From: an uncultured Dehalococcoidia bacterium
GTDB taxonomy: Bacteria > Chloroflexota > Dehalococcoidia > Lucifugimonadales > CAZDRU01
Reading direction: 5' to 3'
Assembly (NCBI GenBank): GCA_964508175.1
Contig: CAZDRU010000042.1
Location: 53,261-117,260, forward strand
Length of the DNA stretch: 64,000 bases
Shown here: piece after piece, positions 17,894 to 27,725 of the stretch
Position numbering within the stretch: position 1 is the first letter of the stretch
How the letters are laid out: each line of letters begins with the position of its first letter
Translations under genes and position numbers: made by a program
Notes under the pieces: generated by a model
What the model saw: the letters and a program-made list of their open reading frames with translations, nothing else
What the model was told of the DNA's origin: nothing
Database searches by the model: none

Positions 17894-19114
17894 TTATTCT
17901 GCAGAACTATTTCCTTCCATTCCTTCAAGCAATTGCGGGGTATACCAAATTTCTTTATTGCTTGCAGTTTCCCCACTACCTAAATATTCTGTTCCATCTT
18001 GATAATTTAAAGGACCAGTAAATAATTTAATCTTACCTTTACCTAAATCATTGATAAAAGCATCAATGTGCTTTCTTTCAACTTGAGTCAAACCTTCACC
18101 TGGAATAAACCCAATAGCTGACTTATCTTTGTTATTAATATCTGACCAATCTGGGCCAACCCAAGTCCAAGAACTTTCATAAGAATTATTTTTTACAGAC
18201 TCGGCGATATCAACATAACTTGGACCCCAATTAAAATAAGGAACTCCTAAACATACTTTGGGAGCTTGTTCACAAGATCCTTCATAATCATATGGAATAG
18301 CCCAAACATTATCACCTTTTTGTCCACGTTGACCTGCAACAACAATTGCTTCTGTAGTATCGATCCCAGAAATTACAACATCTATGCCATCATCAAAAAA
18401 TCCATTGGTAACTTTTGTAGGGTCGATGGTCAATCCAGGAATATGGAACCAAAAACCTATCCAAGTTACTTTGAAAGAAAGATCTTTAATGTTTTTACCT
18501 TTATTCACTGTCCAACAATGTTTCGCTCCTAAATATGCTGCGTTAGCTAAACGTCTAGTCTCATCATTAATAAGAGGACCTAGAAAACCAATCTGCCCTG
18601 TTTCTGTTTTCAATGCTGCTGCACATCCAGCAATCATTTTTCCATATTCCATTTTTCCCATGACATTACTTAGTAAAGTTAAATCAGAACGATAGGCTTT
18701 TCCATCTTTCCAAGCACTATCCCCAGAAACATGGACGATAGGAACACTAGGATGTTTTGCTGCTGCTGTTAATATTCCATCTTTCATATCATCAGAAGTA
18801 GCAATAATTAATTTTGCTCCACTTGCTACCATATCATCAACTACCTGTTCGACTGTAATTTCAGGAGAATCTGCTGGATTTATTTTATCCATTACTATCA
18901 TCGGTTCGGTCTTTAATTTTTGTTCCAAATAGTGACCACCTTCATAATGAGCTTGAGACCATCCTTTATCATTTTTAGGTCCTACTAAAATCATCCCAAA
19001 TTTAAAAGGCTCTGTATTCTCAGGTTCAGAAGTACAACCAAAAAACACTGTCATACTCATTACAATCAACACCATACTTGTTATTAAAAAGGTTTTTTTT
19101 CGAATTGCGTTCAT
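17894..19114 (-). CDS. BMP-family (basic membrane protein / PnrA-like) substrate-binding lipoprotein
   Basis: Signal peptide with lipobox-like FFGC. FKFGMILVGPKNDKGWSQAHYEG is typical of the Bmp/Med/PnrA family. Confidence 0.85.
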   Translation of the reverse strand: MNAIRKKTFLITSMVLIVMSMTVFFGCTSEPENTEPFKFGMILVGPKNDKGWSQAHYEGGHYLEQKLKTEPMIVMDKINPADSPEITVEQVVDDMVASGAKLIIATSDDMKDGILTAAAKHPSVPIVHVSGDSAWKDGKAYRSDLTLLSNVMGKMEYGKMIAGCAAALKTETGQIGFLGPLINDETRRLANAAYLGAKHCWTVNKGKNIKDLSFKVTWIGFWFHIPGLTIDPTKVTNGFFDDGIDVVISGIDTTEAIVVAGQRGQKGDNVWAIPYDYEGSCEQAPKVCLGVPYFNWGPSYVDIAESVKNNSYESSWTWVGPDWSDINNKDKSAIGFIPGEGLTQVERKHIDAFINDLGKGKIKLFTGPLNYQDGTEYLGSGETASNKEIWYTPQLLEGMEGNSSAE

Positions 19115-19259
19115 TACGATCTCCCTAAATTTATTTAACTTTTTTATTGATAAAAAAGCATCTACTCTAATTACTTGAAATTACCATAACTTTCGAAACA
19201 AAATTAGTCAAGAATCAAAAATTTAAATTTCAATAACAACAAATCGTGGTTGACAACAA

Positions 19260-19288
19260 TTGCATAATAAACTTGACAATGCTATTAT
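19260..19288 (+). promoter_or_regulatory. Candidate promoter for hspR-clpC, embedded in duplicated ATTGCATAA / ATAAACTT motifs
   Basis: TTGCAT (19260-19265), 17-nt spacer, TATTAT (19283-19288). TTGACA hexamers also occur at 19250 and 19273. Confidence 0.35.
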
Positions 19289-19347
19289 AAACTTTATTGC
19301 ATAAACACAGTAAGGATACTTAATAATTAATATTGAAGGAGCATGTC

Positions 19348-19698
19348 ATGACGTTTCAATTTGAAGCTTTTGAACAAGAACCTTGTTACGTTATTAGTGT
19401 TGCTGCAAAAATAATTGGGGTACACGAACAAACACTTCGTTATTATGAACGATTAGGAATTTGTATTCCATCAAGAACCACTGGTCGCCATAGATTATAT
19501 TCCGCTAAAGATCTGGAAAAATTACGAAAAATCAAAACACTCATAGAAGACATGGGAGTAAATCTTGCAGGAGCCCAACTTGCTCTTCAATTAATGCAAC
19601 AAGTAATTGAGCTTAGAAAAGAAATCGAAAATCTTAAACTTCTAGTAGAACATTATCGAAAAGATGTAGAAAGCAATGGAGGGACCGATGGTTATTAA
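19348..19698 (+). CDS. hspR: MerR-family heat-shock regulator (HspR-like)
   Basis: YVISVAAKIIGVHEQTLRYYERLGI...RTTGRHRLYSAKDLEKLRKIK followed by a coiled-coil tail. AAGGAG lies 6 nt upstream of ATG 19348. Confidence 0.75.
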   Translation: MTFQFEAFEQEPCYVISVAAKIIGVHEQTLRYYERLGICIPSRTTGRHRLYSAKDLEKLRKIKTLIEDMGVNLAGAQLALQLMQQVIELRKEIENLKLLVEHYRKDVESNGGTDGY

Positions 19699-22117
19699 AC
19701 CAGATGATTTTACAGAACAAGCACAAGAAGTTTTAGCTCGATCTCAAGAATTATTACGTCAATATTCCCATTCTCAATGGGATGTAGAACATATATTTTT
19801 GGCATTACTATCAATTAAAGATGGTCTTCCAAAACAAATTTTTGACACACTTGAAATACCAATAGAAGAATTTGAAATAAAACTTCAAGAAAATCTACAA
19901 AAAAGTCCTAGATCGACTAATCAAATCACACAAGTATATATTACCGATCGAGCTTCTCGGTTGATAGATAATGCACGGAAAGAAGCTGAACGACTAAAAG
20001 ACGAATTTATTGGCTCCGAACACTTGTTAATTGCTGCAGTTTCTGAAAAAACTGCAGATTTAATAGATTTATTTAATAAATTTTCCTTAGATAAAGAAAC
20101 AGTCTACAAGGCTTTAATGGCAATCAGAGGAAACCAAAGGGTAACTGACCCAAGAGCGGAAAGCAAATATCAATCACTAGAAAAATTTAGTATAGATTTA
20201 ACAAAATTAGCAAATGAGGGAAAACTTGATCCAGTCATTGGTCGAGATTCAGAAATTCGAAGACTTGTTCAAATTTTAACTCGAAGGAAAAAAAACAATC
20301 CAGTAATTATAGGTGAGGCAGGTGTAGGAAAAACAGCTATCGCTGAAGCTTTAGCACAAAATATTGTTAACGACGATGTCCCAGATGTCCTTAAAAACCA
20401 TAGAGTAATGGCACTCGATTTAGGAGCAATGGTTGCAGGAAGTAAAATGAGAGGCGAATTTGAAGAAAGATTAAAAGCAGTTATGGATGAAGTGAAAGAA
20501 GCAAAGGGAGAAATAATATTATTCATAGACGAAATTCATACTGTAGTAGGAGCAGGAGGAGCAGAAGGAGCAATCGATGCAGCAAATTTATTAAAACCTG
20601 CATTAGCTAGAGGAGAATTACAATGTATTGGAGCAACAACCCTCAGTGAATATAACAAATACATAGAAAAAGATGCTGCTCTAGAACGAAGATTTCAACC
20701 TGTTTTTCTAGAAGAACCTAATATAGAAAACACAATTAATATCTTAAAAGCACTTCGTCCAAAATATGAAGCACACCATAAAGTCACTATCGAAGACACT
20801 GCATTAATTGCAGCCTCTAAACTTAGCAATCGATATGTTACTGACAGATATTTACCCGATAAAGCAATTGATTTAATAGACGAAGCGTCAAGTAAAGTAA
20901 GAATGGATACAGAAAGTCTCCCCATAAATATCAAATCCGTTGATAAAAAAATTCAAAAATTACTTAATCAAGAAGAATCAATTGCTCAAAAAGGGGATTA
21001 TAAAAATGCTGCTGAATTAAAAATTAAACGTTTAACATTAGAAGAAGATGCAAAAGTTGCTAAAAAAGAATGGTTCAAAGGGAAAAAAATCGACAAAATA
21101 ATTGACGATAAAGACATTGCAGAAGTAATTTCTAATTGGACAGGAATTCCAATATCACGTCTTTTAGAAGAAGAAACAGAACGACTGCTAAAAATGGAAA
21201 CTGAACTTCATAAAAGAATTGTCGGTCAAGAAGAAGCTGTCTCAGCTATAAGTGAAGCTATAAGAAGAGCTAGATCAGGGTTAAATGATCCCAAAAGACC
21301 AATAGGAAGCTTTATCTTTTTAGGTCCCACTGGTGTAGGAAAGACAGAATTAGCAAAAGCATTAGCAGAATATCTATTTGATGAAGAATCAAATTTAATA
21401 CGCATTGATATGTCTGAATATATGGAACGCCATGCTATTTCAAGACTAATTGGGGCCCCTCCAGGTTATGTAGGATTTGAAGAAGCAGGACAATTAACTC
21501 GCCTAGTAAGACAAAGACCATATAGAGTTATCTTATTTGATGAAATTGAAAAAGCTCATCCTGAAATATTTAATATCCTTCTTCAAATACTAGATGATGG
21601 AAGACTAACAGATGGTCATGGAAGAATTGTCGATTTCAGTAATACTATCATTATCATGACTAGTAATCTTGGTTCTTCAGATTTAAATAAACAACCTGTA
21701 GGATTCCAATCTGATGGAAGAAAAATAATCGATCAAGAATATTTAAAAAATTCCGTTCAAAAAGCATTAAATAATACTTTCAAACCAGAATTTTTAAACA
21801 GAATTGATGAAATAGTGGTTTTTGATTCACTCAACAAAAAACAACGAGAGACTATCGTTGAAATTATGTGTAGAGAAGTTAGTCATCGATTAAAAGAAAA
21901 TAATATTCAACTTCATTTAACAAAAGATGCTAAAAATTGGTTAGCTAAAGAAGGATATGATTCATTATTTGGAGCAAGGCCGTTAAGAAGAGCGATCCAA
22001 AAATTCATAGAAACTCCTATAGCAAAAGGAATTATTTCAGGCAAATTTATTGATGGAAATACAATTAAAATAAGTGTAAAAAAGAAATTGTTATCTATAG
22101 AAAAATCTAGAGACTAA
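19688..22117 (+). CDS. clpC: Clp ATPase of the ClpC type (short M-domain with UVR-like motif, VGF ClpP loop). Alternative start 19676.
   Basis: Two Clp_N repeats, two AAA+ modules ([16 protein letters not shown]), UVR-like [14 protein letters not shown], only ~115 aa between IDLIDEA and IVGQEEAV, and a VGF tripeptide in D2. Confidence 0.85.
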   Translation: MVIKPDDFTEQAQEVLARSQELLRQYSHSQWDVEHIFLALLSIKDGLPKQIFDTLEIPIEEFEIKLQENLQKSPRSTNQITQVYITDRASRLIDNARKEAERLKDEFIGSEHLLIAAVSEKTADLIDLFNKFSLDKETVYKALMAIRGNQRVTDPRAESKYQSLEKFSIDLTKLANEGKLDPVIGRDSEIRRLVQILTRRKKNNPVIIGEAGVGKTAIAEALAQNIVNDDVPDVLKNHRVMALDLGAMVAGSKMRGEFEERLKAVMDEVKEAKGEIILFIDEIHTVVGAGGAEGAIDAANLLKPALARGELQCIGATTLSEYNKYIEKDAALERRFQPVFLEEPNIENTINILKALRPKYEAHHKVTIEDTALIAASKLSNRYVTDRYLPDKAIDLIDEASSKVRMDTESLPINIKSVDKKIQKLLNQEESIAQKGDYKNAAELKIKRLTLEEDAKVAKKEWFKGKKIDKIIDDKDIAEVISNWTGIPISRLLEEETERLLKMETELHKRIVGQEEAVSAISEAIRRARSGLNDPKRPIGSFIFLGPTGVGKTELAKALAEYLFDEESNLIRIDMSEYMERHAISRLIGAPPGYVGFEEAGQLTRLVRQRPYRVILFDEIEKAHPEIFNILLQILDDGRLTDGHGRIVDFSNTIIIMTSNLGSSDLNKQPVGFQSDGRKIIDQEYLKNSVQKALNNTFKPEFLNRIDEIVVFDSLNKKQRETIVEIMCREVSHRLKENNIQLHLTKDAKNWLAKEGYDSLFGARPLRRAIQKFIETPIAKGIISGKFIDGNTIKISVKKKLLSIEKSRD

Positions 22118-22185
22118 AAATTATATTTCTCAGATCCCCGAACATCAATTTTCATGTATAATTTAATTGATTAAAGGAGAATATA

Positions 22186-23397
22186 ATGTCAAATCAAAAA
22201 CAAAAAATTCTGTGTGTTCTATATGATGATCCAATCAATGGACATCCTAAAGAATATGCACGCGAAAACATACCTACACTAAAAGAATATCCAGGTGGAC
22301 AATCAATGCCATCACCTAGCAAAATCGATTTTACGCCAGGTGAATTACTCGGAACAATTTCTGGGGGTTTAGGATTAAATAAATTTCTTGAAGAACAAGG
22401 TCATGAATTTGTTGTTACCTCGGATAAAGATAAAACTGATTCTGTATTTGACAAAGAACTTGTTAATGCTGATATTGTCATATCACAACCCTTCTGGCCC
22501 GCTTACCTAACACGAGAAAGAATAGAAAAAGCTTCAAAATTAAAACTAGCAATAACTGCTGGAATTGGTTCAGACCATGTAGATCTAGAAGCTGCGATTG
22601 AGAAAAAAATCACTGTTTGCGAAGTTACTTATTGTAATAGCATTAGCGTAGCAGAACATGCAGTAATGCAAATTCTTGCATTAGTACGTAATTACATACC
22701 TCAATATAAATGGATAGTTGATGGTGGATGGAATATTGGAGATGCAGCATCAAGATCATATGATATTGAAGGAATGAATGTAGGAGTTGTGGCTGCTGGA
22801 CGTATCGGCTTAGCAGTATTAAAACGAATGAAACCTTTCGATGTAAAATTACACTATACTGACAGACATAGATTATCTCCTGAGATAGAAAAAGAACTAA
22901 ATCTTACATTCCATGAAAGTGTAGAATCTCTAGTAAAAAATTGTGATGTAATAAGCATCCATTGTCCTTTGCATCCTGAAACTGAACATTTATTTAATGA
23001 AAATTTGATTTCTAAAATGAAACGTGGTTCTTATATAGTGAATACTGCACGAGGGAAAATATGTGAAACGAGTGCAATTGTACGAGCATTAGAAACAGGG
23101 CAATTAGCAGGATATGCAGGAGATGTCTGGTTTCCACAACCAGCTCCTAACAATCATCCTTGGCGAACTATGCCAAATCATGCAATGACACCACATACTT
23201 CTGGTACATCACTTTCAGCACAAGCAAGATATGCTGCTGGAGTAAGAGAAATTTTAGAATCTTGGTTTAATAACAAACCTATAAGAAATGAATATCTTAT
23301 TGTTGAAGATGGTTCATTGGCAGGTGCAGGTGCACATTCATATAGCAAAGGAAATACAACTAAAGGTTCAGACGAAGCATCAAAATACAAATCATAA
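22186..23397 (+). CDS. fdh: NAD-dependent formate dehydrogenase
   Basis: KILCVLYDDP...GELLG..SGGLGL..FLE..GHEFVVTSDKD, PFWPAYLT, AGIGSDHVDL, GRIG Rossmann motif, MTPHTSGTSLSAQARYAAG. Resembles classical Pseudomonas/yeast-type FDH. Confidence 0.9.
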   Translation: MSNQKQKILCVLYDDPINGHPKEYARENIPTLKEYPGGQSMPSPSKIDFTPGELLGTISGGLGLNKFLEEQGHEFVVTSDKDKTDSVFDKELVNADIVISQPFWPAYLTRERIEKASKLKLAITAGIGSDHVDLEAAIEKKITVCEVTYCNSISVAEHAVMQILALVRNYIPQYKWIVDGGWNIGDAASRSYDIEGMNVGVVAAGRIGLAVLKRMKPFDVKLHYTDRHRLSPEIEKELNLTFHESVESLVKNCDVISIHCPLHPETEHLFNENLISKMKRGSYIVNTARGKICETSAIVRALETGQLAGYAGDVWFPQPAPNNHPWRTMPNHAMTPHTSGTSLSAQARYAAGVREILESWFNNKPIRNEYLIVEDGSLAGAGAHSYSKGNTTKGSDEASKYKS

Positions 23398-23433
23398 TTA
23401 TATATTTTGATTAAATGAAACAAAAAATTTGCA

Positions 23434-23487
23434 AACTCTGAGGAAAGTGAAAAAAATCAGAAAAACCTAACTACCCTTCTCAGAGTT
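23434..23487 (+). other. 9-bp perfect inverted repeat (11 bp with G-U/A-U extension) with a 36-nt spacer, downstream of fdh
   Basis: AACTCTGAG (23434-23442) and CTCAGAGTT (23479-23487). No U-tract follows it. Confidence 0.3.
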
Positions 23488-23559
23488 CACAAATAACTAT
23501 TACTTGATAGAATTTCTTTATAAATATTTTTCAGGAATTCAAGATAATTGTTATTTAAA

Positions 23560-24099
23560 ATGTTTAAAAATAATAAAATATGGCCAATAATTTATTTAAT
23601 TATTTTCGCTATATTAATGGTTGGCTTCTTTCAATTAAGACAATTTATTCCTCCGGGTTTATCTTATTTTACGATTACATTAACAAATTTCATTGGTAGT
23701 GCAACTGTTTTCTTTCCGCTATCAGGAATGGCAATGCTTTGTACTAGTATTAGTGAAATTGGATTAAATCCTTTCATAATTTCTGGTTTATCAGGTGCCG
23801 CTGAAAGTCTAGGAGAAATATTCGGATACGGAGCTGGAACGGCAGGAAGAAAAATTCTTTTTAAAGAATCATTTTATAATAAACTTGAAAACTTAATGCA
23901 AGGGAAAAAATTGCCTGTATTTATCTTCCTCTTCGCTCTTATACCAAATCCATTCTTTGATATTATCGGCATTATATCAGGGACTTTGCGATATCCATTA
24001 AAAAAATTTTTACCTATTATTTTTATAGGGAAATTTCTTAAATTTCTAATTATATCTTATACTTGTATTGGAGGTTATTCGTTTTTAGCAAATAATTAG
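23560..24099 (+). CDS. Small polytopic membrane protein, possibly VTT/DedA-TVP38-like
   Basis: About 5 hydrophobic helices. The GEIFGYGAGTAGRK and IPNPFFDIIGIISG patterns are reminiscent of the VTT domain. ATG 23560 is preferred over TTG 23548. Confidence 0.4.
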   Translation: MFKNNKIWPIIYLIIFAILMVGFFQLRQFIPPGLSYFTITLTNFIGSATVFFPLSGMAMLCTSISEIGLNPFIISGLSGAAESLGEIFGYGAGTAGRKILFKESFYNKLENLMQGKKLPVFIFLFALIPNPFFDIIGIISGTLRYPLKKFLPIIFIGKFLKFLIISYTCIGGYSFLANN

Positions 24100-24243
24100 A
24101 AATTAATCATTAGTAAGATTTAATTAAAAACCGGCAAACAACTTTTTTTATTTCAGTTTTTATTCAGTAATCATTCATTAATAATTAAATCAAATTTTAA
24201 ACATTAAAAAATTATTTCTAATATACGCTAAAAATAAAATGAT

Positions 24244-25167
24244 ATGTTAGGAAAAGACACCTTCCTGCAATTACTTTTAATTGCTATTGCTGGAGGATTC
24301 ACAGCAACTATATTCTTCTGGTTATCTTTTATTGTAATAAGTTTCAAAATAACAAAATATCGTAATCTTGCTCCCATTACAGTGATACTAATACTCACTG
24401 GTTCTATAATTGGAACAGTATTATCGTTTATATTATTTATAAGTTTTTGGGAAAACACTTTAACTCAACAAATTTCTGTTTTTATTGTTAGTATTATATT
24501 AACTAGTTTTGGCATGAGTATTGGACTACTTACAAGTAAACGCATTGAGAAAAACCAAGGAAATCAATTAGATACAGGTCGTAGTTGCGTTGTAGATACA
24601 AGCGCAATAATTGATGGACGTATAGCAGATTTACTTGATACAGGCTTTGTTCGTTATCATTTTTATATCCCAACATTCATTCTTGACGAACTTCGACATA
24701 TAGCTGATTCGGCCGACCCATTAAGAAGAACGAGAGGAAAACGTGGATTAGAAGTACTAGTTCTATTACAAAAAAATAATTTTATTAAAACAACAATTCT
24801 AGAAGCAGAAATTCAACAAAATGAAGATGTAGATCGTACACTCATCAATTTAGCAAAAAAAATTGATGCTGCAATTTTAACTACAGACTTTAATCTTAAT
24901 AGAATAGCTACATTACAAAATATATTAGTATTGAATATAAATGAAGTAGCAAATTCTGTAAAAACTGTCTTACTGCCAGGTGAAGAATTTACAGTCCAAG
25001 TTGTTCAACCAGGCAAAGAATCTGATCAAGGATTAGCATACTTAGATGATGGAACAATGATTGTAGTTGAAAATGGAATTCAATTTTTAAATACATCAAT
25101 AAAAATCATTGTGAGTAGAGTAATTCAAACTGCTACAGGAAAAATAATATTTGCAAAACTTCCTTAA
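24244..25167 (+). CDS. yacL: Membrane-anchored PIN + TRAM domain protein (YacL-like)
   Basis: Four N-terminal TM helices, PIN motif VVDTSAIIDGRI...ILTTDFNL, C-terminal TRAM-like GEEFTVQVVQPGKESDQGLAYLDDGTMIVV. Sits upstream of ispD-ispF as in Bacillus. Confidence 0.8.
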   Translation: MLGKDTFLQLLLIAIAGGFTATIFFWLSFIVISFKITKYRNLAPITVILILTGSIIGTVLSFILFISFWENTLTQQISVFIVSIILTSFGMSIGLLTSKRIEKNQGNQLDTGRSCVVDTSAIIDGRIADLLDTGFVRYHFYIPTFILDELRHIADSADPLRRTRGKRGLEVLVLLQKNNFIKTTILEAEIQQNEDVDRTLINLAKKIDAAILTTDFNLNRIATLQNILVLNINEVANSVKTVLLPGEEFTVQVVQPGKESDQGLAYLDDGTMIVVENGIQFLNTSIKIIVSRVIQTATGKIIFAKLP

Positions 25168-25188
25168 ATTTAAAAAAAAGTTGTCCCA

Positions 25189-25866
25189 ATGTCTATTAGT
25201 CTTATAATAACTGCAGCAGGTAAGAGCTCCAGAATGAATGGAGAGGATAAAGTCTTTGCGATTTTATATGAAAAACCAATTATTTTACACACATTAAATT
25301 GCTTTAAACCATACGATCTTTTTAATCAAATCATCTTGGTAGTAAATAAAAATAAACTCACTAAAACAAAAAATATTATTCAAAATTTAAACATAAAAAT
25401 CCCTATTACAATTTGTGCAGGCGGTTCAACACGTCAAGAATCAGTTAAATTAGGAATGGAAAAAATAAAAAAAGCTGATTTTGTGATAATTCATGATGGA
25501 GCACGACCAATAGTAGAAAAAAGTCTAATTAAAAATGGAATGAAATATGTTAAAAAAAATGGAGCTGCTATACCAACCATTCCTATAACTGAAACGATAA
25601 AATTAGTGGGAAAAACCAATTCGATCAAAACACTACCAAGACATAACATTCATCTTGCTCAAACACCTCAATTTTTCAAATTTGATATTCTTGAAAAAGC
25701 GCAACACATGATGCAAGACGTATTTACTGACGAATCATCATTAGTAGAAAAAATTAATATCAATCCTATAATATTCCCCGGTTCAAGAAAAAATATTAAA
25801 ATTACTGAAAAAGAAGACTTAGAACTAGTAAAATATTATCTAAAAAAGGACAAGATACTTGACTAA
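25189..25866 (+). CDS. ispD: 2-C-methyl-D-erythritol 4-phosphate cytidylyltransferase
   Basis: IITAAGKSSRM, GGSTRQESV, IHDGARP, AQTPQFF. Confidence 0.9.
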   Translation: MSISLIITAAGKSSRMNGEDKVFAILYEKPIILHTLNCFKPYDLFNQIILVVNKNKLTKTKNIIQNLNIKIPITICAGGSTRQESVKLGMEKIKKADFVIIHDGARPIVEKSLIKNGMKYVKKNGAAIPTIPITETIKLVGKTNSIKTLPRHNIHLAQTPQFFKFDILEKAQHMMQDVFTDESSLVEKININPIIFPGSRKNIKITEKEDLELVKYYLKKDKILD

Positions 25867-26341
25867 ATTACGTACAGGAATAGGATTTGATTGTCATCCT
25901 CTAATTGAAAATAAAAAGTTAATCTTGGGAGGTGTAGAAATTCCTTTTGGAAAAGGATTAGAAGGACATAGTGACGGAGATGTATTAACTCACGCTATTA
26001 TTGATGCGATATTAGGCAGTGCTAGTTTAGGAGATAAAGGAAAATTATTCCCAAGCACAAACAATAAATTTAAATCTATTATTAGTTTAAAACTACTTGC
26101 ATTAGCAGCGGAGAAATTAGTAACTGCAAAATGTAGCATAGTAAATATTGATGCTATAATAATAGCTCAATCACCATCGTTATCAAATTTTTACCAAAAT
26201 ATTAAAGAAAATATATCAAAAACATTAAATTTAGACATAAACGATGTAAGCATTAAAGCAACAACTACCGATCATATGGGATTTACGGGTAAAAACGAAG
26301 GTATTTGTTCACTTGCATCTGTATTAATAAAAAGAAACTAA
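25859..26341 (+). CDS. ispF: 2-C-methyl-D-erythritol 2,4-cyclodiphosphate synthase (TTG start, overlaps ispD by 8 nt)
   Basis: RTGIGFDCHP, GHSDGDVLTHAIIDAILG, ATTTDHMGFTG. Confidence 0.95.
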   Translation: MTKLRTGIGFDCHPLIENKKLILGGVEIPFGKGLEGHSDGDVLTHAIIDAILGSASLGDKGKLFPSTNNKFKSIISLKLLALAAEKLVTAKCSIVNIDAIIIAQSPSLSNFYQNIKENISKTLNLDINDVSIKATTTDHMGFTGKNEGICSLASVLIKRN

Positions 26342-27708
26342 TGAAATTTTTCAACACACTTACTAACTCAATTGAAAATTTGACTCCAAAAAACAAAACT
26401 GTCAATTTATATATTTGTGGTATTACCCCATATTCTTCTACTCATCTGGGACATGCAATGAGTTATGTTATTTTTGATGTACTACGACGATTTTTAGAAC
26501 ATTCAGGATATAAAGTACGTCATATTCAAAACTTTACAGATGTAGATGACAAAATTATAGCTGCTGCAAATTCTAAAAATATAACAATTAATGAACTCGC
26601 AGAAAAATATATCTCTGAATATTTCACATTAATGGAAGCTTTAAATATTCAAAGAGCTCATTTTTACCCAAAAGCTACTGAAGAAATCCCAGAAATCATT
26701 AAATTCATTTCAGTTTTAATAGAAAAAGGGTTTGCCTACGAATCTGAAGGAAACGTGTTTTTCAAAGTATCTAAATTTAAAGAATATGGCAAATTAAGTA
26801 ATAGAAAAATCGAAGATATGTTAATCGGAGCTCGAATTGAAGTCGATCATAATAAAATAGATCCCCTTGATTTTGTCTTATGGAAAGCAAGTAAAAATAA
26901 TGAACCTTATTGGGAAAGTCCTTGGAGCAATGGCAGACCAGGATGGCACATTGAATGTAGTGCAATGTGTTTAAAATACTGTCCTGATGGTCCTGATATA
27001 CATGGAGGAGGTCAAGACCTAATATTTCCTCATCATGAAAATGAAATTACTCAAAGTGAAGCTTTTGGTATTAAACCACCATTCGCCTCCATATGGATAC
27101 ATAATGGATTACTACAATTACAAAATGAAAAAATGAGTAAATCAACAGGCAATTTAATAACACTAGATGAAGCTTTAAAAAAATATGGACCCAACGCTTT
27201 AAGATATTTCTTTTTAAGCTCTCACTATAGGTCACCTCTTTCATTTAATGAAGAATTTTTAGCTCAAAGTAAAACTGGAATTCAAAGAATAGAAAATGCT
27301 CTTCACCTTGAATCAAATGGTGATAATAACAATATAGAAATAAAACATTTTGAAAATGAATTTTTCGAACATATGAAAGAAGATTTAAATACTCCTAGAG
27401 CATTGTCTGTAATTTTCGAACTTGTTAAAGAAATTAACAAACAAAAAACAGCAAATAATAATATACTCAACCATCAAAAATTATTGTCAACCATGTGTGC
27501 AATCCTAGGATTTACATTCGATAAAAACAATTCGAATATTTCTAACGATGAAACAATAGATTCACTAATACAAGTTTTAATTGAAATTAGAACAGAATTG
27601 CGTTCAAAAAAAGATTTTGAACTAGCAGATACTATTAGAAAAAAATTATCAAAAATAGGTTTTAATTTAGAAGATACAAAAGAAAAAACTATCTGGTCAA
27701 AAGATTAA
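26341..27708 (+). CDS. cysS: Cysteine--tRNA ligase
   Basis: HIGH-type motif STHLGHAMS, KMSKS, GWHIECSAM, HGGGQDLIFPHHENE. ATG 26341 forms a TAATG junction with ispF. Confidence 0.95.
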   Translation: MKFFNTLTNSIENLTPKNKTVNLYICGITPYSSTHLGHAMSYVIFDVLRRFLEHSGYKVRHIQNFTDVDDKIIAAANSKNITINELAEKYISEYFTLMEALNIQRAHFYPKATEEIPEIIKFISVLIEKGFAYESEGNVFFKVSKFKEYGKLSNRKIEDMLIGARIEVDHNKIDPLDFVLWKASKNNEPYWESPWSNGRPGWHIECSAMCLKYCPDGPDIHGGGQDLIFPHHENEITQSEAFGIKPPFASIWIHNGLLQLQNEKMSKSTGNLITLDEALKKYGPNALRYFFLSSHYRSPLSFNEEFLAQSKTGIQRIENALHLESNGDNNNIEIKHFENEFFEHMKEDLNTPRALSVIFELVKEINKQKTANNNILNHQKLLSTMCAILGFTFDKNNSNISNDETIDSLIQVLIEIRTELRSKKDFELADTIRKKLSKIGFNLEDTKEKTIWSKD

Positions 27709-27725
27709 TCAGTTTTCTTGAAAAT

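Noticed and set aside
19115-19347. A canonical HspR operator (HAIR, CTTGAGT-N7-ACTCAAG) upstream of hspR-clpC.
   Set aside because: No match by eye. Only TTGACA hexamers and direct or permuted ATTGCATAA/ATAAACTT repeats are present.
19676-22117. Calling the 813-aa Clp ATPase ClpB, the usual HspR target.
   Set aside because: The middle domain is only about 115 aa with a UVR-like motif, D2 contains a VGF ClpP-docking tripeptide, and the length matches ClpC (~810 aa) rather than ClpB (~860 aa).
26305-26340. N-terminal extensions given by the ORF track for cysS (26305), and likewise for rplU (47172), rpmA (47329), trhO (49958), hspR (19333), tgt (9504) and the membrane protein at 23548.
   Set aside because: The extensions add non-conserved residues, overlap upstream genes and lack an RBS. 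Internal starts (26341, 47211, 47542, 50042, 19348, 9516, 23560) begin exactly at the conserved family N-termini and have Shine-Dalgarno-like sequences.
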